From: Nanobdella aerobiophila
GTDB taxonomy: Archaea; Nanobdellota; Nanobdellia; Nanobdellales; Nanobdellaceae
Direction of reading: 5' to 3'
NCBI RefSeq assembly: GCF_023169545.1
Contig: NZ_AP019769.1
Location: forward strand, 570,001-602,000
DNA: 32,000 nt
Positions 17,803 through 27,471 of this stretch are shown here, piece after piece. The position numbers were made by a program, and so were the translations under genes. A model generated the notes under the pieces. That model saw only the letters and a program-made list of their open reading frames with translations, did no database searches and was not told where the DNA came from. Numbering within the stretch: position 1 is the stretch's first letter; every line of letters starts with the position of its first letter.

Positions 17803-18849
17803 ATGGGTTTAGCAGAAATAAGAGAATTAATAAAACCAGTAATAAAAGAAGTCGATTTATCATATTTATCTGGGAAAATCGTCGCATTAGACGCATTTAA
17901 TGCATTATATCAATTTCTTGCTGCAATAAGACAACCAGACGGTACGCCTCTAAAGGATTCTAAAGGAAGAATTACATCACATTTATCTGGATTATTTTAT
18001 AGAAATAAAAATTTAATTGAAAATGGAATTAAATTAATATATGTATTTGATGGAAGACATCCAGAATTTAAAAAGAAAGAACAAGAATTGAGAGAAGAAC
18101 AAAGAAAAAAAATGGAAGAAAAATATGAAATTGCAAAAGAAGCGGGAGAAAAAAATTTAAAGAAGTATGCAGAATTTACATCTAAATTAGATTACAATAT
18201 GATAGATGAAGCTAAAGAACTATTAAAAGCAATGGGCGTACCGTATATACAAGCACCATCAGAAGGAGAAGCAGAAGCTGCATATTTAGTTAAAAAAAAT
18301 ATAGCAGATTTTGTAGGATCACAGGACTATGATTCTTTATTATTTGGAGGAACTAGAGTTGTCAGAAATATAACGATCAGCGGAAAAAGAAAGATACGTG
18401 GAGTTGAAGTTAATATATCTCCTGAAATAATAGAATTAAAAGATGTTTTAAATTATCTAAATTTAAATCAAGAAAAATTAATAATTTTAGCTCTAGTAGT
18501 TGGCACAGATTATAACCCAGACGGAATTAAAGGTATAGGTATAAAAAAAGCATATGAAATCGTAAAAAAATATGATGATCCAGAAAAAATATTTAATTAT
18601 ATTAATTGGGATAAATATTATGATATATCATGGAAAGAGTTAGAAAAATTTTTCTTAGATCCGCCGGTAGTAGATATAAATAAAGAAGATATAAAGTTTG
18701 GAGAAATAGACGAAGAAAAGATAAGGAAAATATTAATAGATAATCATGACTTTTCAGAAGAAAGAGTAAATAAATCTATAGAAGAGTTAAAGAAATCATA
18801 TAAGCAAGGATCACAGAAAAATTTATTATCTTTTTTTCAGAATGGGTAA
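17803..18849 (+). CDS. fen: Flap endonuclease 1
   Basis: GLAEIRELI, VFDGRHPEFK, PSEGEAEAAYL, SQDYDSLLFG, GTDYNPDGIKGIG; C-terminal PIP box QKNLLSFF. Confidence 0.95.
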   Translation: MGLAEIRELIKPVIKEVDLSYLSGKIVALDAFNALYQFLAAIRQPDGTPLKDSKGRITSHLSGLFYRNKNLIENGIKLIYVFDGRHPEFKKKEQELREEQRKKMEEKYEIAKEAGEKNLKKYAEFTSKLDYNMIDEAKELLKAMGVPYIQAPSEGEAEAAYLVKKNIADFVGSQDYDSLLFGGTRVVRNITISGKRKIRGVEVNISPEIIELKDVLNYLNLNQEKLIILALVVGTDYNPDGIKGIGIKKAYEIVKKYDDPEKIFNYINWDKYYDISWKELEKFFLDPPVVDINKEDIKFGEIDEEKIRKILIDNHDFSEERVNKSIEELKKSYKQGSQKNLLSFFQNG

Positions 18850-18881
18850 AATTCATCATTTTTCAGATCTCGGCAAAGTCA

Positions 18882-20483
18882 TCATTCATATGCCTTATGT
18901 ATATATTCCTTGAAACACCTATAAGAATTAAATAATGGTCCTATATATTTTATTGAATTTAATGATACATCAATAAATTTATTATAATCATTTCTATAAA
19001 TATTTAATATATAATCTAACTTATCATAAAAATTCTCTATATCTTTTTCATCAGTATTTCTATTTACATCATAATTATTTTCTCCGAAGAACCAACCATT
19101 TAAATCATCTATTATTATTTCTAAAGGAGATCCATCTCTAGAAAATAAAGTAGGTGTTCCATTTAATCCTGCCCTCATCCATGAAGTTCCTGAAGCTTCA
19201 AATGGTGGTCTGGGTATATGTAAAAATAGATCTGTACCAGCTAATAATATTCTTTCTTGTTCTAAACCCCTTCTTAATATTAAACCTACTGGTACATCTA
19301 TAGTAGATATTGTATCTATTATCCATTTTATAGTATTTTTTGTAAAATCATCCTTAGGATGAAATGTTCCGGATAATAAGAATTGTATATTATATTTTTT
19401 ATTTAATTCTTCCAGTTTATCCAGTCTCCATAATAACATATGAAATCTTTTATATTCAGTTAACCTTCTTTTAACAGTTATTAATATTCTATTATTCTTA
19501 AAAGATTTATTTTGATGGGAATTTACATTTATATAATTTATAGAATCATCTTTTAATATATTCTTTACTTTTATAAATTGATTTCTATCTATACTACCAG
19601 CATAAGATAATTTAGATGGTTCCAACCTCCATCCTGGGATATAAGAATCGTATAATAATTCTAGTTTATTATTTATCCATCTTAAATGATGTACTCCATT
19701 TGTAATATACTCTAAATTTTTATTGAATACGCTTTCTGTAACAACCTTATGCTTATATGATACCGCATTAGAGAATCCAGATATATTCAATAATACTTTA
19801 GTTAAACTTAAATTATTTCCAGAAATATTTTTTATTTCTATTGGTATATCATAATATTTTTCTACTAGATTATAATCGAATCCGTCATGGCCTGCGATAA
19901 TTGAATGAGTGGTAAAAACTAATTTTTCTCTTACTTCTTCCATATTTTTTAACCTTTTAAATAATTCTATTGCTAGGAAACCTCCATGTGATTCATTTAA
20001 ATGAAATTTATCAATATTTATACCATATTTGTCAAAAAATTCTAATGTACCTAAACCTAACAATAGATCTTTTAATAGTTTTTCTTCAGCATTTTCTTCA
20101 TAATATAATCTTCCAGTTAATTTTCTAATATTTGGATTATTTTCTTGAATATCTGTATCAAATAAAAATAATTTAGAGTGTGATAAACTATATTTCCATA
20201 CTTGAAAATATATCCTTAAACCTTTTAGATCTACATGGAATTTATCCTCTATATTCAAAAAATATTCTAATGGATCATAATCTTCATCTTTATATATTAT
20301 ATCTTTATCTTTTATACTATATTCTGCATATCCATTCTTATTTACAAATCCAACTCCATATATAGGATATTTCAGATCATTTGAAGAATAGAATAGGTCC
20401 CCGGCTAATATTCCCAATCCACCTGCATAAGTTGGCAATTTGCCTATAGAGAACTCTTGAGATATAAAAGCGATTTTTTTCAT
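18882..20483 (-). CDS. Alpha-glucan (glycogen/maltodextrin) phosphorylase family GT35, short archaeal form
   Basis: TYAGGLGILAGD, HLNESHGG, TTHSIIAGHDGF, VKRRLTEYKR, EASGTSWMRAGLNG. Confidence 0.85.
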   Translation of the reverse strand: MKKIAFISQEFSIGKLPTYAGGLGILAGDLFYSSNDLKYPIYGVGFVNKNGYAEYSIKDKDIIYKDEDYDPLEYFLNIEDKFHVDLKGLRIYFQVWKYSLSHSKLFLFDTDIQENNPNIRKLTGRLYYEENAEEKLLKDLLLGLGTLEFFDKYGINIDKFHLNESHGGFLAIELFKRLKNMEEVREKLVFTTHSIIAGHDGFDYNLVEKYYDIPIEIKNISGNNLSLTKVLLNISGFSNAVSYKHKVVTESVFNKNLEYITNGVHHLRWINNKLELLYDSYIPGWRLEPSKLSYAGSIDRNQFIKVKNILKDDSINYINVNSHQNKSFKNNRILITVKRRLTEYKRFHMLLWRLDKLEELNKKYNIQFLLSGTFHPKDDFTKNTIKWIIDTISTIDVPVGLILRRGLEQERILLAGTDLFLHIPRPPFEASGTSWMRAGLNGTPTLFSRDGSPLEIIIDDLNGWFFGENNYDVNRNTDEKDIENFYDKLDYILNIYRNDYNKFIDVSLNSIKYIGPLFNSYRCFKEYIHKAYE

Positions 20484-20513
20484 AATAAAATATAAAAATC
20501 TAAAAATTTATAT

Positions 20514-22457
20514 TCATATGATGTCTACTACTCTATAGAGGTTAAATTTATCTTGAAAAAAGGAAACTAAATCATTTATATTTAATCTTATCTGTTCTTT
20601 TGTATCTCTGTATCTAATTGTAACTGTATTATCTCTTAATGTTTGGTCATCTACTGTAATACAGTATGGTGTTCCTATTTCATCTTGTCTTTTATATCTT
20701 ATCCCTATTCTTCCAGAATCATCATAGTATACATCAAAATATTTCCTTAAACTATTGTATATATTTCTAGCAACTTTATTATGATCTTCTTTATTTTCTA
20801 ATAATGGAAATATAGCAACTTGTACAGGAGATAAATATTCTGGTAATTTTAATATATTATCATAATTTAATACCAATAGAGAAAATATATTTCTATCTAC
20901 TCCAAATGATAATTCTAATTCTACTGGGATAAACTTAGATCCATCGGGCCTTGTAACTATAAATCTCCTATCTTTGGATAATATAAAATGGTTCCATAAA
21001 TCATATCCAACCATAATATTATCTTTTCCTATAAATAATTTTTCTAGATCTTCTAATATATCTTTTGGTACTTTATTCAGTATATTTGTATCAAATTTTA
21101 ATACTCTAAAATGAATTCCTCCAACTTCCACCCATTTTAAATCATCTAGATATAATTCTAGATCAAAATGATACATATTATAAAAGGATTTTTCATTATT
21201 ATCCAACTGATAAAATCTTATTTTGTTTTTAGGTATCTTTAATATATCTATATAGAACCTAAATACCTTATACAAAAAGTATATATAAAATTTATCTATT
21301 CCTGTATAATTATATATATCTTCCAAAGATAATTCTTCATATTGCACATTTTTCGACCTTGAATTAACCAATAATACATTTATATACTCATTTTTATATT
21401 TATCAAATTCCTGATTGAATATATTATTATAATAATCAAAAAATATTTGTAATTCTGCTTGAGTAAATTCCCTTAATCTTATTAAAGCATTTCTTGGCGA
21501 TATTTCATTTCTAAATGCCTTCCCAATTATATATAATCCTAAAGGTAATCTATATCTATTTATTACAAATTCTGTTGGAAAATCTATATATACACCTTGT
21601 GCTGTTTCTGGTCTTAGATACATCTCATTATTTAATATAGAATTATATTTTTCTAATAATAATTGTAGGTCATCGACATCAAACTTTATATCAATATAAT
21701 GTATAGAATTAAATAATTTTTCTATATAATATTCATCTATTTCTTTATGTTCTTTATTTGTAGATAAGAAATATTCATTTGTTATAGAATCATACAATAT
21801 TACTATATCTTTATCCTGATTAAATATATATGTTTTATTCTCTATTACTATACCATATATTTTCTGATTTTCCAAATATTGTTTATATATATATGATATT
21901 ATCCTCTCATTTACCTTATTATAATTATCTCTTTTCAGTATAGATAATATTTCGAATCTTCTTCTTATATCCTCTAAATATAGGAATAGATCAGATTCTG
22001 GTCCGACAAATATTGGAAACATTAAATTAAATAATTTAAGATTTGATAATTTTTCATTACATAAAGGACATAATATTTTACCTTCTTCAAATATTTTATT
22101 CATCTCTTCTATAGTCAAACTTTCTGCTTTTATATTTAGATTTTCTTCAATTAACTTATCTGCCCTCAACCTATGACCTTTTCTACATTCTACAATTGGA
22201 TCATTAAACAATTCTAAATGCTTTGATGCTATAAATACCTCCTTATTCATTATTTCTGATGGTTGTATTTCATATATATTATCAAACAATTTACCAAAAT
22301 ATAGTCTCCATAAATTTTCATATTTTTTCTTTAATAAAGAACCTAGAGATCCGTAATCATAAAATCCAGACTTGGCCCCATATATAGACGAAGATTCATA
22401 AAAAAAACCCTTTTCCTTTGCAAGATTTATTATATCTTCAACCCCGAAATCTTTCAT
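20514..22457 (-). CDS. glyS: Glycyl-tRNA synthetase
   Basis: GFFYESSSIYGAKSGFYDYGSLG, MYLRPETAQGVYIDFP, FRNEISPRNALIRLREFTQAELQIF. Confidence 0.95.
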   Translation of the reverse strand: MKDFGVEDIINLAKEKGFFYESSSIYGAKSGFYDYGSLGSLLKKKYENLWRLYFGKLFDNIYEIQPSEIMNKEVFIASKHLELFNDPIVECRKGHRLRADKLIEENLNIKAESLTIEEMNKIFEEGKILCPLCNEKLSNLKLFNLMFPIFVGPESDLFLYLEDIRRRFEILSILKRDNYNKVNERIISYIYKQYLENQKIYGIVIENKTYIFNQDKDIVILYDSITNEYFLSTNKEHKEIDEYYIEKLFNSIHYIDIKFDVDDLQLLLEKYNSILNNEMYLRPETAQGVYIDFPTEFVINRYRLPLGLYIIGKAFRNEISPRNALIRLREFTQAELQIFFDYYNNIFNQEFDKYKNEYINVLLVNSRSKNVQYEELSLEDIYNYTGIDKFYIYFLYKVFRFYIDILKIPKNKIRFYQLDNNEKSFYNMYHFDLELYLDDLKWVEVGGIHFRVLKFDTNILNKVPKDILEDLEKLFIGKDNIMVGYDLWNHFILSKDRRFIVTRPDGSKFIPVELELSFGVDRNIFSLLVLNYDNILKLPEYLSPVQVAIFPLLENKEDHNKVARNIYNSLRKYFDVYYDDSGRIGIRYKRQDEIGTPYCITVDDQTLRDNTVTIRYRDTKEQIRLNINDLVSFFQDKFNLYRVVDII

Positions 22458-22693
22458 TCATAGGCAAATAATTTATAAAAATATTTATAAGCATTTTAAG
22501 TTTATAAGAACCAAAACTAAAAATAATTCACTAAAGAAATTAGTTCAATTAAAAATCCTAAAGTACTTCAAGATACAAGATCTAATTTATCTTCAAACCC
22601 TGAATTTTATTTATATTTTTATAAAAACTTTTACTTTTTCTATGGAGGCATAAAAATTATTGTATTTATAGGTTCATTTAAATAAATACTTTA

Positions 22694-22738
22694 GAGAAGA
22701 ATATAAAATTAAAATAAGAAAATTTTATTATTCTTCTT
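22694..22738. repeat. Intergenic inverted repeat (hairpin)
   Basis: AGAAGAATA-TAAAAT ... ATTTTAT-TATTCTTCT, about 15 bp stem with one bulge. Confidence 0.55.
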
Positions 22739-22928
22739 ATGTACGTATTGCTAAGAAATTACAATTTATTATTGCAAATTTATAAAAAATAAAAATAACG
22801 AATTATTATAAATAATACTATGATCTCGATAAAAATTACCTAAGAAAAATAAAAAAGAGATTAATAAATACTTCGTCCTCAAAGGCCGGAAGATGTCAGC
22901 TTATTAAATTTTTTAAAAATAAGATTTG

Positions 22929-24257
22929 ATGGAGATTGAAGTAATACCTGTAGGGGGTTATTCGTACATAGGTAAAAATATGACTGCAATACGAATTGAT
23001 GATGAAATAATTATTATAGACATGGGTATAAATGTAGATAATATATCAAAATTTGGAGAAAGAGAAAGTATTGTAAATAAACCTATGAAAGAACTATATG
23101 ATCTAGACATAATACCAAATGACAAGATATTAGAAAATTATAAAGGAGAAATAAAGGGAATAATATTAACTCATGGACATTTAGACCACATAGGTGCTGT
23201 AAATTTTTTAGCTCCAAAATATAATGTTCCTATATACTGTACTCCTTATACTGCAGAATTATTAAAGATGCAAGAGAAAGAATATGGAGTTATATTATCA
23301 AATGATATTAAAAAAATAAGCCCAAATAGCACAATAAATATATCAGATAAATTAAAGATAAATATAATAAATTCTACACATTCTATACCTCAATCTATAA
23401 TGGTAGATATAATTACAAATAAAGGTCACATAGTTCATACAGGTGATTTTAAGTTTGATAATTTTCCATTAATAGGTAAAAGAACAAATTATGAAAAGCT
23501 AAAAGAAATAGGAAGAGAAAATGTATTATTATTAATATCAGAATCTACAAGATCAGAAGAATTATCGAAAGCTCAATCAGAAATAATAGAAAAGTATATG
23601 TTATATGATGTACTAAAATCTTTAGATACAAAAGGTATAATTATAACAACATTTGCTTCACATATTTCTAGATTAAAATCTATAATAGAATTAGGAAAAG
23701 AATTTAATAGAAAAGTAATATTTATAGGAAGAAGTATGGGAAAATATATAAAAGCTGCTGAAGAAACAAATCTTTATAATTTTTCTGAAGAATCAGAAGT
23801 GTATAGTGACGTAAAAGAATACAAAAAGATATTAGAAAACATAAATAATGATAAAGAACAATATTTATTAGTAGTTACGGGTCATCAAGGTGAACCAGGT
23901 TCAGTATTAGATAAATTATCTAAAGATAGCTTTAAATTCGATATAAAAGATTCTACTATAATATTTGCAAATAATGTAATTCCACATCCTATAAATGAAG
24001 CAAACAGAAAAATATTAGAAGAAAGATTAAAGAGGAAGGGAGTAAATATTATAAAGGATATACATGTTTCAGGACATGCTAAAGCCCAAGATCATAATAT
24101 GCTAATAAAAATGCTTAATCCAGAAAATATAGTTCCCAATCATGGGGACATAAATAAAAAAGCCGCTTACTATACCATAGCTGAAGAAAAGGGATACAAA
24201 TTGGGAGAAGATATCTTTTTTATAGAAGATCAACAGAGTAAAATATTTAATATATAA
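22929..24257 (+). CDS. rnj: RNase J-like beta-CASP metallo-beta-lactamase ribonuclease
   Basis: LTHGHLDHIGA (HxHxDH), HTGDFKFD, FASHISRLK, SGHAKAQD, PNHGD; ORF track starts at TTG 22926, ATG at 22929 is likelier. Confidence 0.88.
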   Translation: MEIEVIPVGGYSYIGKNMTAIRIDDEIIIIDMGINVDNISKFGERESIVNKPMKELYDLDIIPNDKILENYKGEIKGIILTHGHLDHIGAVNFLAPKYNVPIYCTPYTAELLKMQEKEYGVILSNDIKKISPNSTINISDKLKINIINSTHSIPQSIMVDIITNKGHIVHTGDFKFDNFPLIGKRTNYEKLKEIGRENVLLLISESTRSEELSKAQSEIIEKYMLYDVLKSLDTKGIIITTFASHISRLKSIIELGKEFNRKVIFIGRSMGKYIKAAEETNLYNFSEESEVYSDVKEYKKILENINNDKEQYLLVVTGHQGEPGSVLDKLSKDSFKFDIKDSTIIFANNVIPHPINEANRKILEERLKRKGVNIIKDIHVSGHAKAQDHNMLIKMLNPENIVPNHGDINKKAAYYTIAEEKGYKLGEDIFFIEDQQSKIFNI

Positions 24258-24315
24258 TTTTTTACTTAATGGTTTAAATAAAAGCATTTATTTTTTATTA
24301 GATATAATAGTGTAT

Positions 24316-24837
24316 ATGAAAGCAATTCATCTATATATAGAATACATACTACTACTATTATTGTCATCTATAGCATTTTATATATTATTTACATGGTGGA
24401 TAAATAATAAGATATATGCTATAAATTTTTATAATGAAAATACATTTAATTATCAATCAAAATACATAGGAGATATATTATATAATTTACAAAATGATTA
24501 TTATTACAATATAAATTTTAATTTAAATTATAAATTATATTGTTTGAATAATCTAACATTAATAGAATCTAGTAATTTTTGTAAAACAACATTAAATAAT
24601 ATGCAATATAATGGGGAGTTAATATATTCATACGGAGATTATTATGTTTATGATCCTAGTCTAAATGGATATTATCTATTAGAATATAGGGATAACTCTA
24701 TATTATATGGGTGTTATCAAGGATATTTATCTACAGTTTTATTAACAGATAATTGTACTGGTGTATGTGTAGGAAATGATTGCATATTAAATATTGTAAA
24801 AAATGGCATAGAAGTATATTCTAATATATACACATGA
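24316..24837 (+). CDS. Secreted or pilin-like single-TM protein with six cysteines
   Basis: N-terminal MKAIHLYIEYILLLLLSSIAFYILF, Cys-rich C-terminus CYQGYL...CTGVCVGNDC; operonic with pilus genes; GTG start at 24310 is the alternative. Confidence 0.6.
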   Translation: MKAIHLYIEYILLLLLSSIAFYILFTWWINNKIYAINFYNENTFNYQSKYIGDILYNLQNDYYYNINFNLNYKLYCLNNLTLIESSNFCKTTLNNMQYNGELIYSYGDYYVYDPSLNGYYLLEYRDNSILYGCYQGYLSTVLLTDNCTGVCVGNDCILNIVKNGIEVYSNIYT

Positions 24838-25073
24838 AGGGACAAATATTTATAGAGGAAATATTATATATTATTATTGTTTTGACATTAATTTCCTTAT
24901 CAATTTTATTTTACTATAATACATTAAATAATTTAAATAATAAAAATTATAATAATTATATAAACATAAAAAAGTATATTTATGAAAATATAATATTTGA
25001 GAATACATCAAACTTATTATATTTATATAATAACTACCAGAATATAGAGACAATTATAATTAAAAATACATAA
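24834..25073 (+). CDS. Prepilin-like protein with class III signal peptide
   Basis: MKGQIFIEEILYIIIVLTLISLSILF: KG|QxxxE motif followed by a hydrophobic stretch. Confidence 0.75.
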   Translation: MKGQIFIEEILYIIIVLTLISLSILFYYNTLNNLNNKNYNNYINIKKYIYENIIFENTSNLLYLYNNYQNIETIIIKNT

Positions 25074-25088
25074 ATAGTTTAGATTATT

Positions 25089-26639
25089 ATGAAATATATA
25101 AAGGTTGAGGATGTATTAAAATACTTCGACGAACAGATTAAAAAAGAAAATTATATACCAGAAATAAATCAAGATAAAGAAAAATCTGAAATTGACATAA
25201 TATATCCTTTGATTGGTAATTTTTCATATGCACATATATATCATGATTTAATATCAGAGGAAATAGTATATGAACTTTTAGAACCAGAATTATCTTATGA
25301 AGAAAAATTCCTTATAGAAAAAATAAAAAAATATATAATTGATGATATATATAAAGATCCTGATAAATATTTAGAAAAAGACCACAAGACTATTTTAATG
25401 AAAGAACTAGGAAATTATATAAATAAATTTAAGATTGAAACTGATAAAAATGGATTCTTAAAATATTATTATTATTTATGGAGAGACATGCTAGGTTTAG
25501 AAAAATTAGAACCCTTATTTTATGATATATTTATTGAAGATATATCATGTGATGGTTATGATATACCTATATATGTACACCATAGTAAATATGGTATACT
25601 AAGATCAAATATAATATTTTCTAGAGATGAATTAGATAGATTTACAATAAAATTAGCTCAAAAAACAGGTAAAAATATTTCTTATGCAGAACCATTATTA
25701 GATGCTACTTTACCGGATGGTTCTAGAATTAATATTACATATACTGATGAGATAACTACTAAAGGACCCACATTTACTATAAGAAAATTCAAAAAGCAAT
25801 TATTATCATTAACAGACTTAATAAAGGACAGAACATTAGATACAAAAATTGCTGCATATTTATGGACACTAATAGAAGCAAGAGCAAATATACTAATTTC
25901 TGGATCTACCTCTTCTGGAAAAACAACTCTGTTAAATGTAATTTCTCAATTTATACCCCCTGATGCAAAAGTAATTTCTATAGAAGATACGAGAGAATTA
26001 CAATTATATCATGATAATTGGATACCTGCTACTACAAGAAGAGGATTTAATATAGGAGACAGATATTATGGAGAAGTAAATATGTATAATTTATTAGCAG
26101 AATCATTTAGACAGAATCCAGACTATGTAATTGTCGGAGAAGTAAGAGGAGAAGAAGCTTATGTAATGTTTCAGGGCATGGCATCCGGTCATGCTGCTTT
26201 ATCTACAATACATACAGATACTTGGAAATCCTTAATAAGAAGATTAACTACTCCACCAATTAATTTACCGGTAGATCAGGTAGCATTACTTGATGCAGTA
26301 ATATTTATGATAAGGGCTAGGAATATATCTCCATCAGCTAGAAGAGTAAGAGAAGCAATAGAAGTAGGAAAATATAAAAACAATGAAATTGAAGCTAAGA
26401 GTGTGATTAGATGGGATTTTTCTGACGATAAATTCGAAACAAAAGATTTAGGAAAAACAATAGAAGATGAATTGAGGTATAGATTAGGTTATAAACAAGA
26501 CATAGAAAAGTCTATAAAAGAAAAAGAAAAGATAATAAAATATTTATTGAATAAAAATATAAGAGATCAAAAGAAGATTTCAAACTATATAAAGCTATAT
26601 TATATAGATAAGGATAGTTTACTATCAGAAATAGAATGA
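25089..26639 (+). CDS. Type II/IV secretion (archaeal type IV pilus) ATPase
   Basis: Walker A GSTSSGKTTLLN, Asp box, VVGEVRGEEAYVMFQGMASGHAALSTIHTD. Confidence 0.93.
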   Translation: MKYIKVEDVLKYFDEQIKKENYIPEINQDKEKSEIDIIYPLIGNFSYAHIYHDLISEEIVYELLEPELSYEEKFLIEKIKKYIIDDIYKDPDKYLEKDHKTILMKELGNYINKFKIETDKNGFLKYYYYLWRDMLGLEKLEPLFYDIFIEDISCDGYDIPIYVHHSKYGILRSNIIFSRDELDRFTIKLAQKTGKNISYAEPLLDATLPDGSRINITYTDEITTKGPTFTIRKFKKQLLSLTDLIKDRTLDTKIAAYLWTLIEARANILISGSTSSGKTTLLNVISQFIPPDAKVISIEDTRELQLYHDNWIPATTRRGFNIGDRYYGEVNMYNLLAESFRQNPDYVIVGEVRGEEAYVMFQGMASGHAALSTIHTDTWKSLIRRLTTPPINLPVDQVALLDAVIFMIRARNISPSARRVREAIEVGKYKNNEIEAKSVIRWDFSDDKFETKDLGKTIEDELRYRLGYKQDIEKSIKEKEKIIKYLLNKNIRDQKKISNYIKLYYIDKDSLLSEIE

Positions 26640-27469
26640 ATAAATTAACTAAATTTTTATATCCGTATTTTAAAAATAAGAGAATAGATATAAACTATAC
26701 AGAATTTAAAGTATCTGTAGAAGAATATATAAATTTAACAATAAAATACTCTTTATTATTATTTATAATCGGAACTGTATCTATATCTATTATATTCATA
26801 ATATATTTGAATTTCTACAATATAGTATTATTTATAATTAGTATATTATTTGGTTTTGCAGTAGGACTATTTACTTTTATATATTTATATATATATCCTA
26901 CTGCTGCAAAGACAGATTACCTAAAAAGCATAGACGATAATTTATCCTTTTTTTCTCTATATTTCTATTCTTATTCTGGATCTGGAATGAATATTATAGA
27001 AATATTCAGATTATTAAATAAAAAGAAGAGTTTTGGTATGATAAATAAAGAAATTTCATATTTGCTATCATTAATAGATGTATTCGGATATGATTTAATT
27101 TCTGCATTATTAAAGTTAGCTAATACTACCCCATCAGACCAATTTAAAGAATTTTTATATGGATTAATATCTGTAGTGAAATCTGGTGGTTCCATAAGAG
27201 AATTCGCTAGAATATTTGCAAAGGAAAAATTAGAGGATTATGAAATACAATTAAAAGCATATAATGAAAAAGCAAACCTATGGATAACTTTTTATGCATT
27301 TTTCTTTATTACATTTCCTATAGTATTATTAATATTGGCATTTTTATTCTCTTATGCATCTGGTAATATAGCAATATTAAATTCTCTAATATTCTTTTTC
27401 GTTGTAATAATCCCCTTTTCATATATAGCTTATTTATATATGATACATATATATCAACCTAGAATATAA
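26636..27469 (+). CDS. Type II secretion system F domain / TadC-like pilus membrane platform protein
   Basis: Polytopic; EFLYGLISVVKSGGSIREFARIFAKEKLEDYE; follows and overlaps the ATPase gene. Confidence 0.82.
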   Translation: MNKLTKFLYPYFKNKRIDINYTEFKVSVEEYINLTIKYSLLLFIIGTVSISIIFIIYLNFYNIVLFIISILFGFAVGLFTFIYLYIYPTAAKTDYLKSIDDNLSFFSLYFYSYSGSGMNIIEIFRLLNKKKSFGMINKEISYLLSLIDVFGYDLISALLKLANTTPSDQFKEFLYGLISVVKSGGSIREFARIFAKEKLEDYEIQLKAYNEKANLWITFYAFFFITFPIVLLILAFLFSYASGNIAILNSLIFFFVVIIPFSYIAYLYMIHIYQPRI

Positions 27470-27471
27470 AA

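Noticed and set aside
20180-20365. Plus-strand 61-aa ORF
   Set aside because: Antisense to the phosphorylase gene, Tyr/Leu-rich artefact.
22800-22900. Possible split tRNA half as known in Nanoarchaeum equitans
   Set aside because: The GC-rich island lacks a D-arm or GGTTCRAATCC T-arm signature on either strand, so no half-tRNA can be supported.
24102-27195. Minus-strand ORFs at 24102..24287 and 26971..27195
   Set aside because: Antisense to RNase J-like and TadC-like genes.
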